64,000 bases of DNA from Squalus acanthias. Lineage: Eukaryota. Made by a program: the position numbers and the translations under genes. Numbering within the stretch: the first letter of the stretch is position 1; the number at the start of each line of letters is the position of its first letter. Location: assembly GCA_030390025.1 (NCBI GenBank), contig JASTWF010000323.1, forward strand, positions 310,001 through 374,000. The letters run 5' to 3'. The notes below the pieces were generated by a model that saw only the letters and a program-made list of their open reading frames with translations, made no database searches and was not told the DNA's origin. Below, in pieces: positions 37,510 through 49,495 of the stretch.

Positions 37510-40040
37510 AGGAATAGTTTGGTATAAGCAGATGAGCAAATTTCAGAAAGGTAGTGAATGTATTGAGTGTGTCCGGGATCGTGATCTGGAACAATAGGTT
37601 CTGTAACCAACAAGGGGCATGTCATGTTAGATTTAGTAATGAGTAATGTACCAGATTTACTGAAAAGCCTAACAGTGTGGAACATTTTTCTAATAGTGAT
37701 CGTAACATGATCAAGTTCAATGAAGAGAAACGCGAAACCGTTACAGAGATTATGGGGTAGAAATTAGGTCGCGCCCCATTTGGGTCGCAAATATCGTCCG
37801 GACGCAAATATTAGCGTCTGGCGCTAATTATCGGCACTGACAGGAAACTTCACTTTTACCGCCCCGGGAGGTGAGTGGAGCGCGAAAGCAGGCGCTGCAC
37901 ACCTCTCTTAAGGCGCAAAGGCCAAGGAGTGAGGCGGTAACTCGGAGCGCTGGCGAAGCTCATGTAATGTCAGTCAGCAATGGAACACACACACAATGGC
38001 ACGGGCCAGTTCTTAAACGGGATGGTTAATCTTGCTTTCCATCCACATTCTGTTCATTGCTGCCTTGAATCTCGGCCTGGAGAGACTTGCACATCAAATG
38101 TGCTGGAAAGAACAATGGAGAGTACCAGGCAAAGAGCTCAGAGTGCAGCTCCCACAGTCTCTGCTACATCGATACAAGGAATGGGAAATCAAAATGAACC
38201 TGTAAAGTGCTGCTCAGTACCCAAAACTCCTTCACACAACGTTGAATCTCTCCAGAAGTCTCTCCCTCTCTCTCTCAGAATGCGTAGTTCAAAAATGCCA
38301 CCAACAATAAAAGACAGGAAGAGGCCCCCTTTAAATAGCGCCCCCCCAGCCCCACAGCGATTGATAGCGTTCCAGTCTTCTGGTCGTTGGAAGCGCCAGG
38401 CGGTAAGGCAGGGGGCGCCACTCAATTTCCGCTACGGGGCGCCACAAGGGCGTTGCACCATGGAATGACGTCACAATCTGCGCGCGCAGATGGTCGCAGC
38501 GGTAAGTTTTAGCGCCGCCGCACAATCTCAAGTTAAGTTCTCGAGCGGCGCAAACATCGCTGCGCCCGGGCGTTAGCGGCTTTGCGCCCCATTAGCGCCC
38601 TCTTAAGGCACTAACGGGAGGCGCAACCAAGTGAATTTTTACCCCTATATGTTTAGGTAAGGCCGACTTCAACGGGATGAGGGAGAGACTGTCCACAGGA
38701 AACTGAGCAAACCTGTTAATGGGTAATACAACAAACAATCAGTGGGGATGTTCAAAAAATAATTGCAGCTGATACAGAACCAGTTTATACCCCTGAGGGG
38801 CAAGAGGTATATTTGTCAAAAACAGCCCTGGACGGCAAAAGAGGTAAGGAACAGTATGGAAATAAAGGACAAAGCTTACAGAAATGCAAAATGTAGCACA
38901 GATCCTGGCGAATGGGAGAGATACAAAGAACAGCAAAGGGTCACGAAACAGATATTAAGAGCCACAAAAGGGAGTATGAAAAGGAACTTCTGAGGGATAT
39001 TAAAATCAACACAAATAAATTTTACAATTATATTATGAAATAGGGTAGTCAGGATTAATGCTGAACCGTTAAAAACTTAAAGCGGTGATATTGTCAATGA
39101 TAATAAGGAAATGGCGGACAGGTTGAAAGCAGACTTAGTGTCAGTATTTACAGTAGAGGAAGAAGCATGCCGGAAATCACAAGGAAACTAATATTGTATC
39201 AGAGGCAGGGAATCAATAGAATGAATGTCAATAAATAAACAGTTATAAATCAAATAATGACTCCAAAGAGTGACACGTTCCCAGGACCAGATAGTCCCTC
39301 AATTATTCACAGTTTTTATTAACGACGTAGATGAAGGCATAGAAAGTCATATATACAAATTTGCGGATGACACTAAGTTAGGCAGCAATGTAGGCGGTAT
39401 AGATGAAAGCATGAAATTACAAAGGGATATCGATACACTAAGTGAATCGGCAAAAATGTGGCAAACGGATTTTATCGAAGGCAAATGTGAGGTTTTCCAA
39501 TTTGTACATAAAAAGGATTGAACAGGATACTTTCTAAATGGTGAAAAGCTAAAAAGCGTGGCGGTCCAAAGAGACAGGGGTGCATCTATATAGATCATTA
39601 AAAATGTCATCGACAGGTACAGAAAATAATCAAAAACGCTGATAGAATGCTGGACGTTAGATCTAAAGCACGATACACAAGGGGGTAGACGTTATGCTGC
39701 AGCTATAGAAAGCCCTGGTTAGATCAAACCTGATGTAATGTGAGCATTTCTGGGCACCACACCTTAGGAAGGATATATTGGACTGGAAGGAAGTGCAGTG
39801 TAGGTTTTACCTGAATGACACCCGGACTCCAAAGGTTAAGTTATTGGCTGAAATTACACAAATTAGGATTGAATTTGTTAGAATTTAGAAGGTTAGGGGG
39901 TGATCTGATCGGAGTTTTCAAGATGAACAGATTGGTAGTTAGGCAGAGACTATTTCCCCTTGATGAGGATTCTAAGTCGCAGATCAGCCGTAATCTCATT
40001 AAACGGCTTAACAGGCTTGAGGGGTTAAATGGGTTGCTCC
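37510..40040 (+). mobile_element. Old decayed CR1 in the GPCR intron, interrupted by a MITE
   Basis: [27 protein letters not shown] (ORF 39270-39521), LEFRRLGGDLI; the APE remnant continues across 37754-38645. Confidence 0.75.
37754..38645. mobile_element. Second PIF/Harbinger-like MITE family (892 bp)
   Basis: TIRs GGGGTAGAAATT / AATTTTTACCCC (one mismatch), 3-bp TSD TAT (37751-37753, 38646-38648), CpG-rich subterminal GCGCC repeats. Confidence 0.8.
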
Positions 40041-41034
40041 TCTTCCTCTGTTCCTATGTTATTATACTTTCACAAAACATCGTGTCCCGGGATCAGTCAG
40101 CATTTTGAGCGGTGCAGTTCGCTTCTGTGCCTTTTGTTCGAGATTTGGAAATCTCGCTTGGATTCCTGATCTGGGTTTGAACTTCCTTTATATATAGAAC
40201 AGTAAATGAATGCCAACGCAACATACAGAATCTGCAACCTTGGCGTGCAATAATTACAGGCAATTGTATTTAAAATGTACAGATGTAAAATGACAATGTT
40301 AAGATAACTATCAGAGAACTGCAGTTATATAGACAACTAGGATGTCAGACGTGCTTTGAAGATTGAGTTCCCGCATTTTTCTTGAAATACACAAATTGTA
40401 GCTCATTGAAAGGAAGTTTTTTCCAAATAACATTGCAAAGAATGGACTCTGAATTATAATAAATAGTTGTCAGTGACAGCAAATGCCTCAATAAATATAT
40501 TTATCAAAATCGAATCCAGCCGAATTATCCAACAGGCAAAGTGCTTCCGAACGCTTTTCTAAAGTATCTGAACAGAAATGGAAGAGAATAATCCATGTAC
40601 TTTTCAGATGTTGGTTTCCAACTTTGTGCAGAGAATATTAGAGGAGAAAATAGCAAAGGATTGTCTGAACCACAGCTGGGATTGTTTATCCTGAAGTACA
40701 GCAGGAGGCAATAGAGACCCACTCTGGGTCGCACTGAGAGATCCACTGAACTGTGCCAGACGGGTATGTGACTCAATTGTAAATTCAAAACACAGAATGC
40801 AAATAACTGTATTGCAACCTGGCTGAATGTGCATTTTACGAGAATGCAAGTTATCCTTGTAATCCTATTCCAAACATCACAAGCAGTGCCTCTGAACCAA
40901 AACTGGAGATGGTAGAAAAGGATACAGTAACTTGAAATGAATGATTAGCGGATATTTCACAAATTTAAAGATATCTATATGACCGGTCAGGATTTTCTTC
41001 GTGTGAATCTGTTTAAATCACGATGCCGAGCATT

Positions 41035-41180
41035 AGAAGAAAACAAAAACAAAATAATGTGGATGCTGGAAATCTGAAATGAAAGCAGAAAATGCTGTAA
41101 ATACTCAGCAGATGATGCAGCATCTATAGAGAGAGAGAAACAGAGTTAACTTTGCAGGTCGATGACATTTGCCTTTAGGT
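41035..41180 (-). mobile_element. Short Penelope family A pLTR remnant
   Basis: GATGCTGGAAATCTGAAAT..CTCAGCAG..GCAGCATC..GAGTTAAC matches 1165-1270; hammerhead broken. Confidence 0.75.
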
Positions 41181-41454
41181 GAAAATTCTCCTGAACCAAG
41201 AAAACATTTTTCTGATCTGTTAGAAATGTTCATTGTGGAGGCAGATGGAAATTCGTTAAATAAAGAGTGTGGGTCCAATATCTTTGCTTGAAATGAACAT
41301 GGAATATTACAATCTTGGTAACAGCGTATCACGTTCAGATTCAGTAGCGTACAGCGGCGCGGAAAGCATGGGGAATGACAAAGAATATGTGAAGAAGGAG
41401 ATAAATACAGTTAAGCGTTATTTACATTATTAGAAGCTGGATACAGAGAATTAC

Positions 41455-41527
41455 CAGCGACACCAACAGCAACGAGGGCGGACGGGGTGGGGGAGGAAAT
41501 TACAAGAACAGTAAATCTGTTAAACAT
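41455..41527 (-). other. Candidate alternative or relic first exon of the GPCR
   Basis: ATG at 41527 opens MFNRFTVLVISSPTPSALVAVGVA G|GTAATT. Its 3' end resembles exon 1 and the phase-1 donor joins exon 2 in frame. Confidence 0.4.
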
Positions 41528-41785
41528 AATTTACAGAATTAATTATTTGATACATAGTCTTATAAGGAGCACCAACTGTAGCGAGGCTGTTCGAGTATTT
41601 TTATACAACAACTCATGCATTAACTACGATAAAAAGAAAGAAAGGTTTGCATTTATACGACTTAGATGATGCAACAAATGCAAACACAGAAAATCATTCA
41701 TAAATAAAATGCCACTGCAAATAGCCAGAATAATATTGCAGAGGAAGACAGTTTATGAAACGCATAACTGGTCATTGATACTTAC

Positions 41786-41915
41786 TCGGAACACCAACAA
41801 CAGCGAGGATGGGATAGTAAATCTTTCGTATTTGATTAAGTAAGGTATCTATCCGCATATCTTCACGCCAATTATCAGGAAGGGGCGGGGGAGGGGGCAC
41901 AAACATGCCTTCCAT
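41786..41915 (-). CDS. GPR139/GPR142-like GPCR, exon 1 (N-terminus and TM1)
   Basis: Strong Kozak AGAATGG at 41915; MEGMFVPPPPPLPDNWREDMRIDTLLNQIRKIYYPILAVVGVP then A|GTAAGT donor (phase 1). A+TT gives Ile and the junction YYPILAVVGVPINLVTIVILS; 343 aa in total. Confidence 0.9.
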
Positions 41916-41990
41916 TCTGAGAGTCGCTGGTGGTATTTGTGCTGGAGGCAAAGCGCTGACTGTGTGAGGTGACACATTGAATGGAGCTCC

Positions 41991-42090
41991 TTATTTATAG
42001 CAGAGAGAAATCCCTGAGTGACATCATTAGGCCTCAAAGTAAATGGCGTTAATTACAGTCATTGAACAAACAGACTCATGGACCCAATGT
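41991..42090 (-). promoter_or_regulatory. Core promoter of the GPCR gene
   Basis: TATAAATAA at 41999-41991, about 76 nt before the ATG. Upstream: TCCCTGAG (42011-42018), TGACATCA (42019-42026), TAATGA (42024-42029, minus), TAATTA (42050-42055), CCAAT (42084-42088). Confidence 0.6.
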
Positions 42091-42384
42091 CATCACAGCG
42101 CTTTATTGCAACACATTCTAGCTAAGCATATTGTACACAGTTTTAAATTAAAAGTGAGTGACTGCGGAATATTTCACCCGACCATAAAATACCGAGATAG
42201 AACAAAGAGAATGGAGTTTCTCTTCCTGTATTGAACACAACCTGAGAACAAAAGACGTGAAAGTCACAGAAACCAGGTTGAATAAAAGAAGAATGAAGGC
42301 TGGATTGCCCCAATCTTGTTATCTGATTTATTCAAACCCAGACCACCAGGGTAAAAAAAGTCACCATCAATAAATATTCCTAAA

Positions 42385-43160
42385 CGGCAGGATTTATTGC
42401 CCATACCTAATTGTCCTTGAGAACGTGGTGGTGATCCGCCTTATTGAACCGCTGCAGTCAGTGTCGTGTAAGTACTCCCACAGTGCTGTTAGGAAGGGAG
42501 TTCCAGGATTTTTACCCATCGACAATGAAGGAACGGCAATATATTTCCAATTCAGGATGGTGTTGAGAGGAACTTAGATCTGATGGTGTTTCCATGAGCC
42601 TGCTGCCCTAGTCATTCTAGGTGGTAGAGTTCGTGTGTTACAGATGTGCTGTTGAAGAAGACTTGGCGAGTTGCTGCAGTGCATCTTGTAGAGGGTACAC
42701 TCTGCAGCCACGGTACGCCGGTGGTGGAGTGAGTGATAATTTAAGATGATGGATAGTGTGCCAATCAAGCAGGTTGCTTTGTCGTGGATGGTTCGAGCTT
42801 ATTGAGTGCTGTTGGCGCTGCACTCATCCAGGCAGGGGCAGTGTATTCCATCACAATCATTACTTGTGCCCTGTCGATGGCGAAAGGCTCTGGGGAGTCA
42901 AGAGGTGAGTCACTCGCCGCAGAATACCCAGTCTCTGACCTGTTCTTGCAGCCATAGTAATTATGTTGCTTGTCCAGTTGTGTTTCTGGTCAATGGTGAC
43001 ATCCAGGATTTTGATGTTGGGGAATCGGCGATGGTAATGCTGTTGAATGTCTAGGGGCGTTTGTTAGACTCACTATTTTTGGTGAAAATCATTGCCTGGC
43101 ACATGTGTGGCTCAAATGTAACGTGTCACTTATCAGCCCAAGTCTGAATCTCGTCCAGAT
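42385..43160 (-). mobile_element. CR1/Jockey-group LINE 3' fragment
   Basis: SLHHRRTVAAECTLYKMHC remnant; homologous to 44325-45140. Confidence 0.8.
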
Positions 43161-46100
43161 TGCACTGTTCCCGCCTCAGTCCAGAAATTCCATCCGAAGT
43201 CTGTCTAGATTACACTGCTCCAGCCTCAGTCCAGGAATTCCATTCCCAGGTCTGTCCACATTGCACTGCTCCAGCCTCAGTCCAGGAATTCCATTCCCAG
43301 GTCTGTCCAGATTGCACTGCTCCCGCCTCAGTCCAGGAATTCCATTCCGAGGTCTGTCTGCATTAAACTGCTCCGGCCTCAATCCAGTAATGTCATTCCA
43401 GGTGCATCCTATATTGCTTTGCTCCCGCCACAGAACATGAATTTATTTCCCAGGACAGCCTAGATTTGACTGCTCCCGCGTCAATCCATTTATTCCATGC
43501 CAACAACTTCCTACATTATTCTGCTGCCGTCTCAGTGCAATAATTATCGTTCCTAGGGCCGCCTAGATTACACTCCTGCCGCCTCAGTCCAGTAATGACA
43601 TTCCCAGTGCCTCCTGCATTACACTGATCCTCCGTCAGCTCATGGATTTTATTCCCAGTGCCGCCTTGATTTCACTGCTCCATCCGCAGTTCAGGCAATT
43701 AAATCCCTGAGCCGTCTGGGGAACACTGCTCTCGCCTTTGTCCAGGAATTTTAATACCAAACTACCAAGATTTGCTGCTCGTACCGCAGTTCAGGAATTA
43801 CGTTCCCAGGGCAGTCTAGATTACACTGCTCCCGCCTCAGATAACGAAATTCATTCCCAGGGCCTCCAAGATTAAACTGCTGATGCCTCTGTAGAGATAT
43901 TTCATTCGCAGGTCCGCCTGAATTACAATATCCCTCCCACAGTCCAGGAATTTAAATTACTTGTCCATGCAGATTGCACTAGTCTCGCCTCATTCGAATC
44001 ATAGTGTCGGATAGATTACATTAATCGTCCCTTAATCCTGGAATTAGATTCCCTGGAAGGCTAGATTTCCACTCCCCCGCCTCAATCCGGAATTTTCATT
44101 GCCAGGGATGCCATATTACACTGTTCTATCTGAGTTCAGAAATTGTCTTCTCTGGGCCACCTACTTTGCATTTTTCCCGTATCTTTCCAGGAACATCATT
44201 CCGTAGGCCCAGTGGGTAAAACTGCTGCCGCGTCAATCGAAGAATTTCAGTCCCAGGAAAGCGTAGATCACACTACGCCCGCGTCAATCAGCGAATTGCA
44301 ATCCCAGGTTCACTAAGATTTTGTTTTATTTGTTCATGGTATATGGACGTCGCTGACACGGCCAGTATTTATTGCCCATCCCTAAATTCCCTGGAGAAGG
44401 TGGCGGTGAGCCGCCTTCTTGAACTACTGCAGTCCGTGTGGTGAACATTCTCCCCCAATGTTTTTAGAGAGTGAGTTCCAGGATTTTGACCCAGCGGCGA
44501 TGACGGAACGGCGATATTTTTCCAAGTAAGGAAGTTGTGTGACTTGGAGGGGAACTTGCATGTGATGGTGCACCCATGAGCCTACTGCTCTTGTCCTTCT
44601 AGGTGGAATTGGTCGAAGATTTGTGATTTACTGTGGAAGAAGCCTTGGCAAGTTATTGAAATACATCTTGTTGATGAAAGACACTGCAGTCAGAGTGCGC
44701 CGGTGGTGGAGGGAAGGAATGTTTAAGATGTTGAATGGGGTGCCAATCAAGCTGGCTGCTTTGTCCTGGATGGTGTCGAGCTTCTTGAGTTTTGTTGGAA
44801 TTGCACTCATCAAGGAAAATGTGGAATTTTCCATCATACACATGACTTGTGCCTTGCAGATGCTGAAAAGGGTTTGGGGAGTCAGGAGGTGAGACAGTCC
44901 CCGCAGTATATCCAGCCTCTTACCGCTGTTGTAGCCACAGTATTTATATGGCTGGTCCAGTAAAATTTCTGGTAAATGGTGAACGACCCAGGATGTTGAT
45001 GGTGTGGGATTCAACGATGGGAATTCCGTTGAATGTCAAGTTGCGGTGGTTAGACGCTCTCTTGTTGTTGATAGCCTTTGCCTGGCACTTGTGTGGTGCG
45101 AATGTTACTTGCTATTTATCAGCCCAGACCTGAATATCCTGTTGATTACACCGCTCCTGCCTCAGTCCAGGAATTCCATTCCTTGGTACGCCTTAATTAC
45201 ACTGATCCCGCCTCTGTCCGGGAGCATAATTCCCTCGGCCGCCTGGTTAAATCTGCTCCTGTTTCAATCCAAGAATTTAATTCCGAGAGCTGCCTACATT
45301 ATAATGCTCCTCCCTGAGTTCAGAAATTTCATTCCCAGGCAGCCTTGAATTCACTGCTCCTACCCAAGTTCAGGAATTTCATTCCCAGGGCTGCCTCGAA
45401 TACACTGCTACTGCTTCAATCCAAGAATTTCATCCCCAGGACAGCCTAAATTGCACTGTTCCAAAATCAGTCTAGGAATTTCATGCCTAGGGCAGCCTAA
45501 ATTGCACTGTTCCCGCCTCAATCCAGTAATTTAATTCCCAGGGCCTCCCAACTTAAACAGCTCCCTTCTTATTTCAGATATTTTATTAACAGGGCCACAT
45601 ACTTTTCGCTGCTCCTGCTTTCGACAAATAATTTAATTCTCAGGTTCAGCAAGATTGCAATGGCCGCGCCTCATTTCAGGAATTTCTTGACCAGTGCCAC
45701 CTCCATTTAACTTCTCCTCCCTCAGTCTAGGAATTTCAATCCCAGCTAAGCCTAGATTGCATTGTTGACGCCTCAGTTCAGGAAAGGAATTCCTAGACCA
45801 ACTAGATTACACTGCTCCCGCCTCAGTTCTGTAATTTCATTTCTTGGGCTGCCTAGATTACATTCCTCCCGCCGCAATCCTCGATTTACATTGCCAAGGT
45901 CAACAAGTTTGCAGCGCTCCCACCTCAGTCAAGGAACTCCATTCGCAGCGAAGCCGACATTGCACCGCTCCCGCCTCAGTACAAGTGTTTCCTTCCAGGG
46001 AGGCCTAGATTCGAGTCCTCCCGCCTCAGTCCACGAATTCCATTCCCAGCGCCGCATACATACACTGCTTCTCCCTCAGTCCAGGAATTTCATACCCAGG

Positions 46101-47405
46101 GACAACTCGATTACCCTGCTCCCCCCTCAGCTCATTAACTTCGAAGCTGGGGAACCCTAGATTACGCTGCTCCCATTTCAATCCAGAAAATTCAATCCTA
46201 GGTCCGTATTGATTACACTGTTCCCGCCTCAGCTCAGGAATTTCATACCCAGGTATACCTAATTTACCCTGCGCACAACTAAACCCAAAAAATCTATTCC
46301 CAGATCCTACGAGATTACACTGCTCCAGCCTCAATACAGCAAGTTAATTCCCAGGACAGGCTAGATTAGAATGGTCCGACCTCAGTCCAGGTATTTCATT
46401 CCCTGGTCCGCCTAGATTACCTTGCTTCAGCCTCAGTCCAGGAATTGCAATCTGAGGACCACGTGGATTACACTGCTCCTGCCTCCGCCAGCAATTTAAT
46501 TCCCAGGCTCACCTGAATTACACTGCTCCCACCTCAGCTCAGGAATTTAATTCCTAGTGCTTTCTAGATTACACTGCTTCCACATCAATACAGGAATGTA
46601 ATTTCAGTGTAGTCTAGATGACACTGCTCCCGCCTCAAATCAGGAATTTAATTCCTAGTGCTTCCTAGATTACACTGCGCCCACCTCAATACAGGAATGT
46701 AATTTCAGGGTGGTCTAGTTTACACTGCTCCCGCCTCATTCCTGGACTTTCATTCCATGGACGGCCTATTTTTCACTGCTCGCGCCTCAGTCCAGGAATA
46801 CCATTCACAGGGCCATCTAGATTACATTGCTTCTCCCTCACTCCAGCAATTTAATTTCCAGTGCACAGTAGATTACAATGCTCCCGTCTCAGTCCAGGAA
46901 TTTCACTTCCTGGACGCCCAGATTTCACTGCTCCCGCCTCATTTCATTAATTTCATTCCAACGGCCGCCTAGATTACATTGCTCCCAGCTCAATCCTGGA
47001 ATTCCATTCCGAGGCTCACGTAGATTACACTGCTCCCCCCTCATTCCAGGTTTTTTCTTCATGTGATGCCTAGATTAAACTGAACCCGTATCGGTACAGA
47101 ATTTCCAATCCATGGATTGCCTACGTCTGTGAATTTAATTGCCAGGGTAGACTAGATTACACTGCTCCCGCCTCCGTCTGTGAATTTAATTGCCAGGGTA
47201 GCCTAGTTTACACTGCTCCTCCCCCCCCCGCCTGTAAATTTCATTGCCAGGGATGCCTAGTTAACACTGCTCCCGCATCAGTCTGAGAATTTCATTGCCA
47301 GGGATGCCGGAAGTACACTGCTCCTATCTGAGTCCAGGAATTTCATTTTCTCGTCCAGCTAGATTACACTGCTTCAGCGACAATCCAGGAATTGCATTCC
47401 CGGGG
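43155..47405. repeat. 51-bp satellite (TAGATTACACTGCTCCCGCCTCAGTCCAGGAATTTCATTCCCAGGGCCGCC), interrupted by a LINE
   Basis: 51-bp spacing (43201, 43252) and 17-aa periodicity in the track ORFs; units are quite diverged. Confidence 0.92.
44325..45140 (-). mobile_element. CR1/Jockey-group LINE 3' fragment
   Basis: ORF 44628-45014: KRLDILRGLSHLLTPQTL..KAQV..KKLDTIQDKAASLI..LHHRR. Confidence 0.82.
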
Positions 47406-47599
47406 CTGAAAAGATTAAGGGTGATGGAAAGTCTGAAAATTCAGTCGAGATTCCCAGCCTTCTCTCAAATTACACTTCAGAACAGCTGTGACTGTCTCTC
47501 AACATTTTCAACATTCCCCGTTCCATTCTACATCCCTTTAGTTCATGCTTACAACTCACACATTTTAGCTTCCACGGCTGCCCATTCCGACAGAAACTT

Positions 47600-48575
47600 T
47601 AAGTGCTTCTGAGCAAGCTTCTCCCATTGCTTTCCTTTCTAACTGTTTCTTCATCAATTGCTCAGTAACTACTCCTCGGTGTTCTGGGGTGTTGTGTTAC
47701 TGTTTCTGGGGAGGGGGGCCCTTTCAACGAGGAGCGCCTCAGACTTCATTTGGCCAGTGCATCCTGTGTCAATCGAAGATATTTCCCGCTGCCCTTCCGC
47801 ATATGCCATGATAAGGGGACGGCCACCGCTATTCTGAAGTAAGGGTCCTAAAGGAACGACTTGTATGTTTGAGGCGCGGTCTCCGTATTGCCTTTCCGCC
47901 TCACTTGTGGAATCTATTCCCAACCTCACCAACTGGATTACCGTCTGTGATTCTTGTTTCTTTTTCCTGATTCTTCAACTCTTCTTTTAACTTCTCTAAT
48001 TCTCTAGCCAGACTATCGCGGTCATCTATCAACTAACGGTTCGGGACCCAGATCCCGACTAGTCCTACTCTCCTCTTGCAACCGCTCCTGGGATTTATCC
48101 ACTCAGGCCCTTCTGCCTTCAATCGCTGTAACCCCTTTCTCAATTCCATGACTAGGAAAACTGCAGCTCTCTGATACAAGCTTTCTATAATCTCCAAGAA
48201 TTTATCAAAATCCCGTCCCCGCCTCAAGCATCTACTTCCAGCACTGGTGAGGAAGGTAGTAGAGTCAAAATAATCTCTCCATGTGTATCATCCCCAGAAT
48301 AACTGATATTAATCCTTTTAGTTCCCAAACTTTTAAAGAAGCCCTGAGTGAACACCGAAGTTCGCAAATTTTATTCTACTGAGCCGGGACCTGGGGTTTG
48401 TTGCAAAACCAACCACTTTTCCCCAGTGATTCCCTCATCCATTAGTATCGTGTGAACCCTCTGTATCTTCGACAATCCCCTAACTGCCGCTATCCCAGAA
48501 TATTTCACCACCATGGGGAAAGAATATTTAGATCCTGAAGCGGTGCAGGTCCGAGTTGACCGAGGATAGCTCTCA
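47600..48575 (-). mobile_element. Possible decayed gag-protease fragment of an LTR retroelement
   Basis: ORF 47669-47932 contains GRPLIMAYAEGQREISSIDTGCTG (retropepsin-like DTG context), preceded by the coiled-coil remnant DSLARELEKLKEELKNQEKE. Confidence 0.45.
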
Positions 48576-48579
48576 TGTC

Positions 48580-49495
48580 CTTTAACCTATCCAAGTTTGC
48601 TGATGATACAAAGATAGGTGGGACAGTAAGATGTGTGGAGAACACAAAGAAATCTACTGTGGGATACCGATAGACTCTGAGTGGGCAATAAGGTGGCAGA
48701 TGGTGTATAATGTATGGAAATGTGAGGTTGTTCACTTTGGTAGGAAGAATAGAAAAACAGAATATTTTTTAAATAGTAAGAGTCTTTCAAATATTACTGT
48801 TCAGAGAGATTTGGGTGTCCTCCTGCAAGAAACACAGAAAGCTAGCAAGCAGGTACAGCAAACGATTACGAAGGCAAATGGCATCTTGGCCTTTATTGCA
48901 TGGCGGTTGGAGTTTAAGAGGAAGGATGTCCTGCTGCAAATGTACAGGACACTGCTGAGACCACACCAGGAGTACTGTGCATAGTTTTGGTCTCCTTATC
49001 TAAGGAAGGATATACTTGCCCTGGAGGCGGTGCAACGAAGGTTCACTGGATTGATTCCTGGAATGACAGGGCTGTCCTATGATGAGAGATTGTGTAGTAT
49101 GGTAATATACTCTCTGGAATTTAGAAGAATGAGAGGTGAACTCATTGAGGCATACAGGATTCTGACGGGGATTGACAGGGTAGATGCTAAGAGGTTGTTT
49201 CCCCTGGCTGGAGTGTCTAGTACTAGGGGGCATAGTCTCAGGATAAGGGGTAGTACATTTATGACTGAGATGAGGAGGAATTTCTTAACTCAGAAGGTTG
49301 TAGATGCTGAGCCTTTGATTTTATTCAAGGCAGAGATAGATATATTTTTGTACACTAGAGAAAATATATGGAGATCGAGCGGAAAAGGGGGAGTTGAGGT
49401 CGATGATCAGCCATGATCTTATAGAATGTTGGAGCAGGCTCGATGGGCCGTATGGCCTAATGCTGCTCATGCTTCTTATGTTCTTATCTTCTTAT
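48580..49495 (+). mobile_element. CR1 LINE 3' fragment
   Basis: [42 protein letters not shown] tail. Confidence 0.88.

Noticed and set aside
36306..41915. Assigning the symbol GPR139
   Set aside because: Similarity is at family level only; orthology needs a phylogeny.
41916..41975. Track start at 41975 for exon 1
   Set aside because: It is a GTG only 16 nt from the TATA box; the ATG at 41915 has a strong Kozak context.
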